39,232 bases of DNA from a virus. The translations under genes were made by a program, and so were the position numbers. This document shows, one piece after another, positions 1-8,749 of this stretch; position 1 is the first letter of the stretch; each line of letters opens with the position of its first letter. The stretch is taken from the IMG/VR virus record IMGVR_UViG_3300014204_000373, one strand, 5' to 3'. Under the pieces are notes generated by a model. That model made no database searches, was not told the DNA's origin, and saw only the letters and a program-made list of their open reading frames with translations.

Positions 1-149
1 AAGTAGCTCTGGCTCTCCGAAAGGATGATGAGGTGGTGTTTCCATTTGCTGAGGGATGTTGGGTAGTCAGGAAACGCCACTTAGTAATCCGCCAGGTAGA
101 CGGTAGCGCGTACATGACCCTTACTGTTGAACCAAGGGATGAGTTATGA
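1..149 (+). CDS. 3' end of a gene entering from the left edge (hypothetical protein, last ~48 aa)
   Basis: Frame 3 is open from the window edge to TGA at 147-149. The stop overlaps the ATG of the next small ORF (ATGA). Confidence 0.3.
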   Translation, partial: VALALRKDDEVVFPFAEGCWVVRKRHLVIRQVDGSAYMTLTVEPRDEL

Positions 150-241
150 AGTTCAAACGTGAATTAGCACTTGGAGTAGCCAAAGGACTGAGTATCGCCT
201 TGTTGATAATCGGAGTCCTTCTGGTGGTGTGCGAGCACTAA
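146..241 (+). CDS. small hydrophobic peptide (31 aa, one predicted TM helix: MKFKRELALGVAKGLSIALLIIGVLLVVCEH)
   Basis: ATG at 146 is preceded by AAGGGATGAG (SD-like). ATGA overlap with the upstream ORF. The core is strongly hydrophobic. It is below the 60 aa cutoff of the ORF track. Confidence 0.3.
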   Translation: MKFKRELALGVAKGLSIALLIIGVLLVVCEH

Positions 242-264
242 GTGGTGTACCTCTGGTCACCACT

Positions 265-588
265 ATGGACATCGGCGGCTACGATATCACGGTCCCAACT
301 AAGTTTGACCCTAAGCAAACCATAGTTGAGGCTATCAAAGCGATAGAGAGTGTGTGGGGGACTTCGGTAATTGAGGTTGATGTCTCAGCTGAGACGTTCG
401 TCTACCGGTCAAAGGAAGCTGCTGAAGCCTGGGATGCTGAAGGTTGGACTGAGCAGTACGGCTCAAGTATGATCAACCTACTACCAATTGGCAATACCCC
501 TGGAGAGTTCACCTTCATCATTGATAACAACGAAGACAACATCCTCTTGAATATTGTCGATGCCATCACCGATGCCCTGAAGCCTTAG
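265..588 (+). CDS. acidic hypothetical protein
   Basis: The ORF track gives 229..588 with a GTG start. The first ATG is at 265 (MDIGGYD...). The gene converges on the minus gene at 585. Confidence 0.5.
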   Translation: MDIGGYDITVPTKFDPKQTIVEAIKAIESVWGTSVIEVDVSAETFVYRSKEAAEAWDAEGWTEQYGSSMINLLPIGNTPGEFTFIIDNNEDNILLNIVDAITDALKP

Positions 589-1532
589 ATAGTGATGTTG
601 ATGGTCACCACTCGATGAGGGTTAGCTTGCCACTCAGCCCCGTACTCAACAAGAAATCGCATGGGATCTTCTTCGAAGGACCTCCTCAAGAACCCTTCAC
701 CCATAGAGGGCTGTACTTCCCACGTTGGTATCTGAAGAGCTAGTGGGGTCTCAGGAGCTCTACTTTGCATCGCGTGAACAAAGTGACTGTACAAGGACCC
801 TGAGGCTCTTCTTGGGGTTGATAGCATGGCGTAGCGCCCAGGGGTTAGGAGCGACGGCAAGTGTGCTTGGGTAACCTCCTGCTCATTCTGTATGTGGGCT
901 AACTCGTCGAAGATGAGAGCTGAACACGAGGTCCCATGTATTTGAGGTTGACCAGTCACAACTCTTAGTCTCAGGTTACCGCGTTGGGGGATACCAGTAT
1001 GATCCATAGCAGGAGTGCGAAAAGTGATGCCAGATCTAGAGTGTCCTGACCGGGCAGTACGAAGGTCTTGGACAGTATCCACTTGAGTACTCAACATGTC
1101 AGTTATATGCTGAACCATGTTGCTGCTGAAGGTCACACATCTCACCTCTAACATCTGAGAAAGGCTTAGTCCAAGAGTCTCGTGAGGGTTTCCCGCTTGC
1201 AGTAGTTGGATGATCTCGTAGTTGGCTATGACTGCTTCCAACAGGGTCTTCCCAGTCCTACGCCCCATGACTAGAACGATATTGTTGCGTGTGATAGTAT
1301 CTTGCTCTCGAACGCTACAGCGACCCTCTCCATATAGGTACCCGAGATACTCTTGCTCGGTGAGCCTGTAGAGATCCTCTTCTTGGAACCTATCAGTGAC
1401 AGTGATTGTCCGCTGAGTGTTGTCCAGCTCAAGTCCGTAGTAGATCTTTAGAATTAACCTCTGGACAGGGTACAACGTCCAGCGAAGACCATCAGGTCCT
1501 TCCACGAACTCCAAGATGTTGCTGAACGGCAT
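585..1532 (-). CDS. P-loop ATPase, terminase large-subunit ATPase-domain-like (315 aa)
   Basis: YPVQ (Q-motif-like) near the N-terminus. Walker A is VLVMGRRTGKT. Walker B is SALIFDELAH. No recognisable nuclease domain. AGGTGG lies immediately 5' of the ATG. Confidence 0.5.
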   Translation of the reverse strand: MPFSNILEFVEGPDGLRWTLYPVQRLILKIYYGLELDNTQRTITVTDRFQEEDLYRLTEQEYLGYLYGEGRCSVREQDTITRNNIVLVMGRRTGKTLLEAVIANYEIIQLLQAGNPHETLGLSLSQMLEVRCVTFSSNMVQHITDMLSTQVDTVQDLRTARSGHSRSGITFRTPAMDHTGIPQRGNLRLRVVTGQPQIHGTSCSALIFDELAHIQNEQEVTQAHLPSLLTPGRYAMLSTPRRASGSLYSHFVHAMQSRAPETPLALQIPTWEVQPSMGEGFLRRSFEEDPMRFLVEYGAEWQANPHRVVTINITI

Positions 1533-1553
1533 CCACCTGGGGCTACACCATAA

Positions 1554-1961
1554 CTAAATTACCCACTTGCGTTCATACCTAGTAGGTATTACTTGATTGT
1601 CAGGCTCGTTCGCAGGTTCAAGCGGAATACTGTCGAACCCTCTGTGATAGGCTCTATCACAGAGGCGAGGAAGCCTACATTGATTGGGTATTTTCCTCGG
1701 TAGCTCTGATCTTCGCTCCAAACAATCTGAGCATAGTACCGGTGACCCAGGCTTGCGACGACAGTCATCGCACTCAAAGAAGTTGGAGGCGAGGAAGACT
1801 GAATGGAGGTAGTCCCAGCGGGTCTTACGCAATCCGCTACCCGGCTCCTTCTCCTTAGTCCAAACGAAGTTTCCCTTGACCTCAATCACTTGGTACAGAT
1901 CACTTGGCTCTTCCTTGTCTCGAAGCCAAAGACCAACTCGTACCCAACCTGGCATTGCCAT
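1554..1961 (-). CDS. Cys-rich hypothetical protein (CxxC...CxxC) carrying the C-terminal tag IPTRYERKWVI
   Basis: ORF track. TAATG overlap with the upstream gene. The C-terminus belongs to the RYERxWVI family (see findings). Confidence 0.55.
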   Translation of the reverse strand: MAMPGWVRVGLWLRDKEEPSDLYQVIEVKGNFVWTKEKEPGSGLRKTRWDYLHSVFLASNFFECDDCRRKPGSPVLCSDCLERRSELPRKIPNQCRLPRLCDRAYHRGFDSIPLEPANEPDNQVIPTRYERKWVI

Positions 1962-2278
1962 TAGAAGGCAACCGAGGTGCTATGCCTGACACTAGCCTTC
2001 TTGTTCACCTCAATGACAACGTAGGGCTTCTTATTTGAACCAGTTGCCATCTCCTGGATACTGACGAACTCATCGAGCACGGCACGCTCGGTCGTTACCC
2101 AATGCTCAATCTCATCTAAGACATCAGTGTGCGCCGGGTAACCATGACCTGGACATGTCCTAGAACGCTCATCTCCTTCAAAATAGATACTCCGACTACC
2201 GTAAATGAGCACAGCGAAGTGAGGGCCACCTGGCACATCATTAGGCCCCTTGACTCGTTTCATTGCTGTTCGATTCAT
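1961..2278 (-). CDS. hypothetical protein
   Basis: ORF track. Translationally coupled to its neighbours by ATGA and TAATG overlaps. Confidence 0.5.
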   Translation of the reverse strand: MNRTAMKRVKGPNDVPGGPHFAVLIYGSRSIYFEGDERSRTCPGHGYPAHTDVLDEIEHWVTTERAVLDEFVSIQEMATGSNKKPYVVIEVNKKASVRHSTSVAF

Positions 2279-2679
2279 CCCTTGGGTCCCTTTACTGCCA
2301 GATCCAACGCTTTGGTTAGTGATTGGGTTGCCCCTAGCCCTAGGTCAACTGCCTCAACCAACGATTTGATTGCTCCCATGACACCGGTATGCCCAAAGAA
2401 CGGAGCCACATGGAGTTCTTTGCAGACCTCGCCGAACTCCTGATCTCGTCTACTCAGTAGGGACATGAGAACGTGTTGAGGTAGTACTGTCGAGATCACC
2501 AGCAATGTGTTCTCATTCAAACGGAATCCGAATATCGTGAGCCACTGCTCAATTAGGTCAGGGTGGTTAACCGGGAACGTTCCTCGAAACATAACCCCCT
2601 CAACCCACACCTGAAGGTCTTGGGCCTCTTGGTCGGTAAGTTCTTCGAAAAGTTTGGTACTCTTGTTGATGGTAGCCAT
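2275..2679 (-). CDS. hypothetical protein, first gene after promoter-like element a
   Basis: The ATG at 2677-2679 sits 5 nt downstream of ...TCGTAATAC-TGAGC. Confidence 0.55.
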   Translation of the reverse strand: MATINKSTKLFEELTDQEAQDLQVWVEGVMFRGTFPVNHPDLIEQWLTIFGFRLNENTLLVISTVLPQHVLMSLLSRRDQEFGEVCKELHVAPFFGHTGVMGAIKSLVEAVDLGLGATQSLTKALDLAVKGPKG

Positions 2680-2680
2680 G

Positions 2681-2714
2681 CTCAGTATTACGAATGGGAT
2701 CAGAATTTCAACCT
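2681..2714 (-). promoter_or_regulatory. promoter-like element a (GGTTGAAAT-N15-TCGTAATAC-TGAGC-ATG)
   Basis: Member of the repeated GTTGAGAT...GCGTAATA family. It ends 5 nt before the ATG of 2275..2679. Confidence 0.45.
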
Positions 2715-2737
2715 ACCACGCGGTGTATTCGAAAACA

Positions 2738-3052
2738 ATGGTCAGCATCGAAGACATTGAAGCTGAGAGCAGTAGGTTACTAGACCAAATGGCGGTTGAC
2801 TGGCTAGATAATCGACTAGCCCCGGATACCGTATTCAAGATCAGTGCCTCAGAAGGTTATAATCTTGAAACCGCGCTGAACTATATGGTATGGAAAGGGT
2901 TGATAGAACTTCCTCTGGTTGAAAATACTGACGGTAGAGTCACCACAGCAGTAACACTGACTCACCATGGTCAAGAGAGAGCGATGGCCGCTCTTAGCCT
3001 GATGAAGTACAAGTCCACTCCCAAACCGAGTAACCGATGCCCACCCTACTAG
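2738..3052 (+). CDS. hypothetical protein
   Basis: The ORF track gives 2654..3052. The first ATG that avoids the divergent promoter region is 2738 (MVSIEDIE...). Confidence 0.4.
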   Translation: MVSIEDIEAESSRLLDQMAVDWLDNRLAPDTVFKISASEGYNLETALNYMVWKGLIELPLVENTDGRVTTAVTLTHHGQERAMAALSLMKYKSTPKPSNRCPPY

Positions 3053-3744
3053 ACGATCTATCCGAAGGATTTGCGGAGAGCGTAGAGCTCCTCATCAAAT
3101 TGGCCGATTGTAGAATAAACGATGACCAGGGTGCTATTACCCCTGAGATGAGTGAGGTAGAGGGTAGGGCTGAGAAGCTCTGGTATGAGCTCAATGACAC
3201 GGACACAATCATTCTGGACGCTATGTCGGCTGACCTCTGGTACCTAGTCGATGGTGGACCCCTCAAGGGCAGGGAGCCTACCGACGAGCTTCGAGTACGG
3301 TACGAGAAAGCCAAGAGCGATGACAATCTACTTGAGATAGCTTGGTCGCTCCACGACTGCCCAAAGCTTGCCTCTGGCGTCGAAGGGGCAAGGATTCGTC
3401 TCTACCTGTGGAAGTCGCTTGGGCAATCGGAGATGACTCGCCGCTTCGAGACTCTGTGGACTCGAGAGAAGTTCAAAGAACTTCGAGATCAATGGCACAA
3501 TGACACCAATCTCTTGTCCTTCATCAAATCGGATCATCCGGCCTATCAGGGGATCATCAAGTTGGGCATGCCGGTGGTTCCGATCCTCTTGGAGGAGATG
3601 CGCGACGACCCTGACTGGTGGTCAGTTGCTCTGGAGGTCATCACCGGGGAGAATCCCTGCAAGTTCCCTGAGATGTCTGGAAACCTTGCAAAGATATCCA
3701 AAGCATGGGTAGACTGGGGGACCGCGAGAGGTCTCCTCAAGTGA
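3037..3744 (+). CDS. hypothetical protein (235 aa)
   Basis: ORF track. The start overlaps the 3' end of the previous ORF. Confidence 0.5.
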   Translation: MPTLLDDLSEGFAESVELLIKLADCRINDDQGAITPEMSEVEGRAEKLWYELNDTDTIILDAMSADLWYLVDGGPLKGREPTDELRVRYEKAKSDDNLLEIAWSLHDCPKLASGVEGARIRLYLWKSLGQSEMTRRFETLWTREKFKELRDQWHNDTNLLSFIKSDHPAYQGIIKLGMPVVPILLEEMRDDPDWWSVALEVITGENPCKFPEMSGNLAKISKAWVDWGTARGLLK

Positions 3745-3887
3745 TAGTATCCGTTTCCTGGCTCGAATCCCCTCACAACGTAGTGAACTACCGACGAAAA
3801 AGCCCTGGGTTGGTACTAGCCGCCGACGACAAGATCTGGGGAGTAAAGGCGCCCAGCGAGAACTCAAACTTTGGGTTCACCCTACCT

Positions 3888-4211
3888 ATGGCAGGGGTTC
3901 CTGACCCCAGGTTTGATCGTGACTTCAATGGGGGTCTCGCGATACGAGTTCAAATGCTTGTGGTCTATGCCTGGCGTCAAGGACTTCTTAACCAAGTAAG
4001 GTTTTTCGGTGCAGTCCACGACTACCGGCAGAATATCATGATCGGAGTTGGGTACTCGACAGTGAACGTCACCCCTTGTTTTGAGCATACCCCGACTAGT
4101 CTAGTACGGTGCTTGAAGTCTGATTTCGAGATGTCCTTGGACGACCTGATAGGGCCAGAGTATCAACCACCTCCGAAACAAACCCGAGCCCAAAGACCCT
4201 GGGTGATATGA
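3888..4211 (+). CDS. hypothetical protein with the C-terminal tag variant ...TRAQRPWVI
   Basis: First ATG after the stop of the 3037..3744 gene. It ends GGTGATATGA, with the stop overlapping the ATG of the next gene. The tag variant is QRPWVI. Confidence 0.4.
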   Translation: MAGVPDPRFDRDFNGGLAIRVQMLVVYAWRQGLLNQVRFFGAVHDYRQNIMIGVGYSTVNVTPCFEHTPTSLVRCLKSDFEMSLDDLIGPEYQPPPKQTRAQRPWVI

Positions 4212-4747
4212 AAGCACTGGCGTTCCTAGTAGTTCTCCTCTACTGCGGGTTGGCACGTGCCGAGTTTCCGGGGTGTGACGTCCACGCGATGGATGGTCAA
4301 ATGCTCGACGAGGTTCTGACCTTTGAAGATCTCCTCTACATCATCACGGAGGAGAACGATCCAAGGTTTGTGCCACTTGGCACAGCCATCACCTACACGA
4401 CTAAGCGGTACAATCATTGCAAAATCAGTTGCTGGGATCTAGCATGGCACAACGCTGAGGTGATGGCGGCTGAGAAGCTTTGGGACAAGGTGACCCTCAC
4501 CACTGGGGAGATTGTCGGCTGGGGTTGCGGGGGAGAAGTTGAGTGCAAAGAGCCAGTTCACGCGCACAACGTCCAGTGCACCGTCGAGATTGGGGACTGC
4601 GAACTCGACGGTTTAGTCGAGGGGAGCCCTTACTTCTTCTTCAAGATCAAGGAAACCAAGTACTTGGAGTGCCTAGGGGACTTGAGCTGCAAGTACGAGG
4701 GCCGGCCGATCACCGATTGCTGCATTATTGTATCCATAGAGTCCTAG
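4208..4747 (+). CDS. secreted Cys-rich protein (N-terminal signal peptide MKALAFLVVLLYCGLARA)
   Basis: Hydrophobic N-terminus with an A-R-A cleavage-like site, then 14 Cys. ATGA coupling to the tagged upstream gene. Confidence 0.55.
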   Translation: MKALAFLVVLLYCGLARAEFPGCDVHAMDGQMLDEVLTFEDLLYIITEENDPRFVPLGTAITYTTKRYNHCKISCWDLAWHNAEVMAAEKLWDKVTLTTGEIVGWGCGGEVECKEPVHAHNVQCTVEIGDCELDGLVEGSPYFFFKIKETKYLECLGDLSCKYEGRPITDCCIIVSIES

Positions 4748-5709
4748 TCTACAGGGATCTTGTCCTGCATCATCAAGTCAACAATATTTTGGGATTCAGT
4801 TTCGGATAGTGGTCTTCCGGATAGAAAATCACCCTCACCAAGCGGCTCTTCTGGTGGGCTTGAATGATGCCGAGTGTGCACAGGGGTTAGTGTAGTTAGA
4901 GGCTTATTAGGGGTAGACTCACTTTTGAGATGTGGGTTGTCACTAACTAGGTGGTAAACCCCACGCTTGCCACTTCTTTGGAATAACTCATTTGAAGACA
5001 GGGTGTACCTAATGTGGACCATTGGGTCATTCGACTCAGGTAGCCAACCTCTAGCGTCCAACAACTCATAAACTTCCCTCGATGTCAAATCCTTGTCGTG
5101 CATGACGATTTGAATAGCTTCAACAAGTTTAGGTGCGTTTGATCTGTCTTTTAACCTGCGCTTCTTCCTTGGGGGTGGGATGGTTTCGGGTGGGTAACTT
5201 CTAACTATTCCAATATCAGTATACTTTTGAGTCAATTGAAGTTCCTGACTAAAAAGTACCGGACCAGGGAAGTAGATCCGACCCACTCCGTAACCCCGCG
5301 TGATGATAACCTCACCCTCTTTGAAACCAGCTTTCAGAATGTTGTGTTTCAGTCCGGCACCAAGTACGCCACCTACAGCTCTAAGATCTACATCTCCAAG
5401 AGCACTGGCCAATCCTTGGCTTTTAATCCCTTCTGGATTGGACTTAATAGTTCTAAGCAGGATCATTTGCTTATCATTCACCAAGGACATCAGTATGTCC
5501 CAAGTCGAGTTAGATTTAGTGACTATGGTACTCTGATGCCTTTCAGCTTTAGGTGGAGCCGGAGCCACTTCGAATTGCTTTGATTGAGGGGGAGAGGGTT
5601 CTAACTCTCCGGCATTAATTACTGCCGACTTGACACCCAACTTACCTGCAGAGCATAGGATACTGATGATCGACTCGGCGTCATCTGACTCGATAGTCAA
5701 TAGGTACAT
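4744..5709 (-). CDS. hypothetical protein; the N-terminal ~35 aa module is paralogous to that of the next gene
   Basis: Real start taken at MYLLTIESDD (ATG 5707-5709, AGGTAAG upstream). The N-terminal module ESDD..S....LC.A..LGV resembles 5766..6722. A Pro/Ser linker follows. Confidence 0.5.
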   Translation of the reverse strand: MYLLTIESDDAESIISILCSAGKLGVKSAVINAGELEPSPPQSKQFEVAPAPPKAERHQSTIVTKSNSTWDILMSLVNDKQMILLRTIKSNPEGIKSQGLASALGDVDLRAVGGVLGAGLKHNILKAGFKEGEVIITRGYGVGRIYFPGPVLFSQELQLTQKYTDIGIVRSYPPETIPPPRKKRRLKDRSNAPKLVEAIQIVMHDKDLTSREVYELLDARGWLPESNDPMVHIRYTLSSNELFQRSGKRGVYHLVSDNPHLKSESTPNKPLTTLTPVHTRHHSSPPEEPLGEGDFLSGRPLSETESQNIVDLMMQDKIPVD

Positions 5710-5765
5710 CTTACCTAGCCTACCAGAACCTCTACTCACGAAAAACCATCATATACGATTGTGTT

Positions 5766-6722
5766 TCAACAATTAGTCAGCAATCCAGGGTATACTCCGG
5801 CGTAGCGAGCTTGAACAGCCAGAACTCCAAGATTATGGGCTAGTACCTTACATAGGATCTCATTAACCTGGGCTACCTCATCCTTGGACTTGACAGCCCC
5901 ACCAAACTTGGTCTTAATTATAGTGAAAGCAGACACTTTGCTCGGCTTTAGACTTAGCCTCGAGCTATTTGTACTCAACTCACTACATAATCTATTCCAC
6001 ATTGATAGAACACTAGATGGGATCTCAGCCTTGTGGGCTCTAGGAGCTCGTACTTTTGGTAGTAGCTCCGGTATTTCAGTTGGGCTTCCAACATACGCTG
6101 AACTGGTTTCGATCGACGAGATCAGATTCGTAGTAACGCCCACTAATGCACTGCAGATGATCCAGCGTTGAGGGGGTTTAGCTCCGTACTCCTTTGGTTT
6201 GGGGAGATATGTAGTCGTACTGAAGCTACTGACACTATGCTCAAATTTAGACTCCATAGGCATCAAAGGAGAAGCCGTCAGAGTGATTAAGCTATCGAGA
6301 ATCGATGCTAGTTCTGATAAACGAAAGTAGTTACTGAGTGAGTTGTAGTGGGGGGCTACATGGATCAATTTAGACTCGCTAATGTCTGAATATGCTCCAC
6401 GTAAGCTCTTGTTGGTATACACCTTGAGTACAGAGGCATAGATCACATCAGATAGAGGTAGCTTCGGACGTCCGTTGGTCTGGATGGGTTGCTCGATATT
6501 ATCACACAAGTACCTCAACAAGTACTCGAAGGTATTTTGACGCGACCTAATCACCTTGCTAGGACTGGTAGAGGGCAGGATCTCTGAGGCCCTAGAAACT
6601 GGAGGACTACTAGGCCCTCTAACCTCGGATATTGTAGCCCTAACCCCTAGCCTATTGGCTTCACATACCAACTGCAGCAGACTTTTCGGGTCACTCGACT
6701 CTAATCTAACAGAGAACTTCAT
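5766..6722 (-). CDS. hypothetical protein, paralog (N-terminal module) of 4744..5709
   Basis: MKFSVRLESSDPKSLLQLVCEANRLGVRA aligns with MYLLTIESDDAESIISILCSAGKLGVKS. Alternative GTG start at 6743. Confidence 0.5.
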   Translation of the reverse strand: MKFSVRLESSDPKSLLQLVCEANRLGVRATISEVRGPSSPPVSRASEILPSTSPSKVIRSRQNTFEYLLRYLCDNIEQPIQTNGRPKLPLSDVIYASVLKVYTNKSLRGAYSDISESKLIHVAPHYNSLSNYFRLSELASILDSLITLTASPLMPMESKFEHSVSSFSTTTYLPKPKEYGAKPPQRWIICSALVGVTTNLISSIETSSAYVGSPTEIPELLPKVRAPRAHKAEIPSSVLSMWNRLCSELSTNSSRLSLKPSKVSAFTIIKTKFGGAVKSKDEVAQVNEILCKVLAHNLGVLAVQARYAGVYPGLLTNC

Positions 6723-6857
6723 GAATTGAGTGATATACTTCACCTAAACTACGGATTAGTCAAGGTATGCCCCTAGTTTATTCGAGGTTCTACTTGATCT
6801 AATGGCCGACTGCATTATCACGTCGACTCATGAGTAGCATTGGTGTAGCCTAGTAGC

Positions 6858-7343
6858 GTGCTCTGCATTGGATTATTCGGAACCTGCGACAAAAATCGAT
6901 GGAGAGATCCATTTATGTCCAAGTACACTGAGCTTGGAATTGAATACTTCAACCCGATGGTCAATGATTGGAACCCAGGAATGGTCCCGTTGGAAGCCAA
7001 GCACTTGGCAGAAGACGAGGTGATTCTATTCCCGATTCTGGGGTGGTCCTATGGAGAGGGATCTCTCTCCGAGATGGGCTTTGGTCCGCTCAAGGCCATG
7101 AGGCAGAACATGAACCGGAGCTTCGTGTTCTATGTTGAGACCACTCTTCATGAGCGCCTGACCGATCCTGACCGGTGCAAATCGTCTTTGCGCGCACGCG
7201 AGTTAGTCCTAGGTCACTTGGATCAAACAGCTGCCCCAAACATCTATGTTGTGAGATCTCTTGACGAAATGCTTGAAGTCAGCATCAGGTTGTTTCAGAC
7301 CCACAAGGATCTGAATGAGATTCGGGATGGGATGGCTGGCTAA
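6858..7343 (+). CDS. nucleoside 2-deoxyribosyltransferase-like protein (Rossmann/SLOG-type)
   Basis: N-terminal IGLFGTCDKNRWRD, then DEVILFPILGWSYGEGSLSEMGFGP. This matches the family pattern G.C...WR ... S.G[ST]..E.G. GTG start per the ORF track. Confidence 0.5.
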   Translation: MLCIGLFGTCDKNRWRDPFMSKYTELGIEYFNPMVNDWNPGMVPLEAKHLAEDEVILFPILGWSYGEGSLSEMGFGPLKAMRQNMNRSFVFYVETTLHERLTDPDRCKSSLRARELVLGHLDQTAAPNIYVVRSLDEMLEVSIRLFQTHKDLNEIRDGMAG

Positions 7344-7347
7344 ATAG

Positions 7348-7386
7348 TTGTTGAGGTTCTATAGCCTTCATGCGTAATACACGGGC
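7348..7386 (+). promoter_or_regulatory. promoter-like element b (GTTGAGGT-N18-GCGTAATAC)
   Basis: Family member on the plus strand after the 6858..7343 stop. Followed by an ATG (29-aa ORF) and a 10-bp-stem hairpin. Confidence 0.4.
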
Positions 7387-7418
7387 ATGACGAGAATAGC
7401 GGCACTCAACCTACTTAA

Positions 7419-7443
7419 GGGTTGGATCGTAAAGATCCAACCC
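7419..7443. repeat. perfect 10-bp-stem hairpin GGGTTGGATC-gtaaa-GATCCAACCC
   Basis: Read directly. Lies ~35 nt downstream of element b. No U-tract. Confidence 0.5.
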
Positions 7444-7623
7444 TACAAGATAGTCTCGTCGAAGCCCGGAACCTGACAGTCACAACCGGACGCAAGCATG
7501 TTGTTCGAGTAAGTTGTGGGCGCTACTTCGTAGTTCCTCTGTTCGCTCCGGGCAAAGAAGGTTACAAGCACGACGCTGGTTTCACTTCTTTTGGCCAGTT
7601 AGTTGAAGAATCTATGGGGCCCG

Positions 7624-8037
7624 ATGTCAGCAGCGAAATGCCAATACTACGCAACTCCTGATGAGGCTGCTCAAGCAGCGACCAAGAAACTTCGTACCAA
7701 GTACGGTAGTGGACCTCAAGTATTCATCTTCAGGAGCCCGGAGGGCTTCGGGTTCTCGACGACGAAGCCTACCAGGGTAATGAAGCGATCTACCGTTCTC
7801 ATCATCCCCGAGCGCCCAAACTACTTCCGAGAGGCCCTCAAGGCCATCATTGGTCGGTACCCTCCCATACTTGTTCCGCCTTATGGCACAAGTGAGATGG
7901 GGGATGAGGTAATCGATCTGCAGGATTGGTGCTCTGACAATGCTCAACCCAGTTGGGCTACCGGACTCTCAATGATCGAAGCCGCTGAGCTGATAGTTAT
8001 CCAGGCGCTTGATAACGACAACATCAAACGGGTCTAA
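7624..8037 (+). CDS. hypothetical protein
   Basis: ATG at 7624 (MSAAKCQYY...). The alternative overlapping ORF 7422..7661 (TTG start) cannot be excluded. Confidence 0.4.
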   Translation: MSAAKCQYYATPDEAAQAATKKLRTKYGSGPQVFIFRSPEGFGFSTTKPTRVMKRSTVLIIPERPNYFREALKAIIGRYPPILVPPYGTSEMGDEVIDLQDWCSDNAQPSWATGLSMIEAAELIVIQALDNDNIKRV

Positions 8038-8176
8038 GATACTTTCTCACCCAAGTTATCCTGACAGTATCTACCCAAGGCTGCTTCAGCTGTAGATCTG
8101 TCATCGAATAGGCCGTGCTCAAAGTCGGACTCATCGAAGAACCATCAACCCTTGTCATTCTGGTAGGGGTTACCCA

Positions 8177-8686
8177 TCACTTGGATTCTTCCGTCATTGT
8201 CTTTACTAGCCTTGTCAAACCCCTCGTGTTGATCATGCCAGTGACAACCCAACAGTTGCGGTCATCTCCACCACGTTGGAGACACCCAATCAGACTAGAC
8301 CCGTTGGAGATGCTGAGCTCTCCGTAGCTGTCCTTCTCTACTGTCCACCTTAGGTGCTCCCCCCTGAGTCCAATGGCTGTATAGTCACGTCCTACAACCA
8401 AGTCCTCCGTCATAGGAACTGGGTCTGGACCAGGTTTCCCGTCGATGATTGGGTGTAGTTCAACCCCAGAGTACTCCTGAACAAACCATCCGAGGGTCTT
8501 ACGATGGGGTTCGTCCGCCGCTAGTACTGTCAGCTCACCTACAGGACGCAGTTCCTCGCCCTCTGGTAGTAGCCTAGCGACCACTGGTAGTACTGGTTCT
8601 TCGGGCATGCAAGGGCTTACACCAGGGCTTATTGCCACGTGGGGCATCTGCCAAAACTGAGGCTTATCAGGGATGTTACTTGCCAT
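8177..8686 (-). CDS. hypothetical protein
   Basis: ATG at 8684-8686 (MASNIPDK...). It lies directly downstream of the MVP gene. Confidence 0.5.
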   Translation of the reverse strand: MASNIPDKPQFWQMPHVAISPGVSPCMPEEPVLPVVARLLPEGEELRPVGELTVLAADEPHRKTLGWFVQEYSGVELHPIIDGKPGPDPVPMTEDLVVGRDYTAIGLRGEHLRWTVEKDSYGELSISNGSSLIGCLQRGGDDRNCWVVTGMINTRGLTRLVKTMTEESK

Positions 8687-8693
8687 AGTCAAA

Positions 8694-8736
8694 TGACTTG
8701 AACCCCCTCAGCATGGAGCCAAGGAGGTTCAAGTCA
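8694..8736. repeat. 11-bp perfect inverted repeat TGACTTGAACC / GGTTCAAGTCA with a 21-nt spacer, between the MVP stop and the next start
   Basis: Read directly. Possibly an MVP-gene terminator or a regulatory stem. Confidence 0.4.
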
Positions 8737-8749
8737 ACCTAGATGGGGT

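Noticed and set aside
3757-3775. GGCTCGAATCCCC resembles a tRNA T-arm (GGTTCGAATCC).
   Set aside because: No complementary T-stem, acceptor stem or anticodon arm can be drawn around it. It lies at a gene 3' end and probably arose by chance. No other T-loop-like motif with proper stems was found in the window.
7422-7661. ORF 7422..7661 (TTG start) partly overlapping 7624..8037.
   Set aside because: Not excluded outright. It was not listed as a feature because it has a TTG start, no SD and an out-of-frame overlap. The ATG-initiated 7624 frame was preferred. Which of the two is real, or whether both are, needs homolog comparison.
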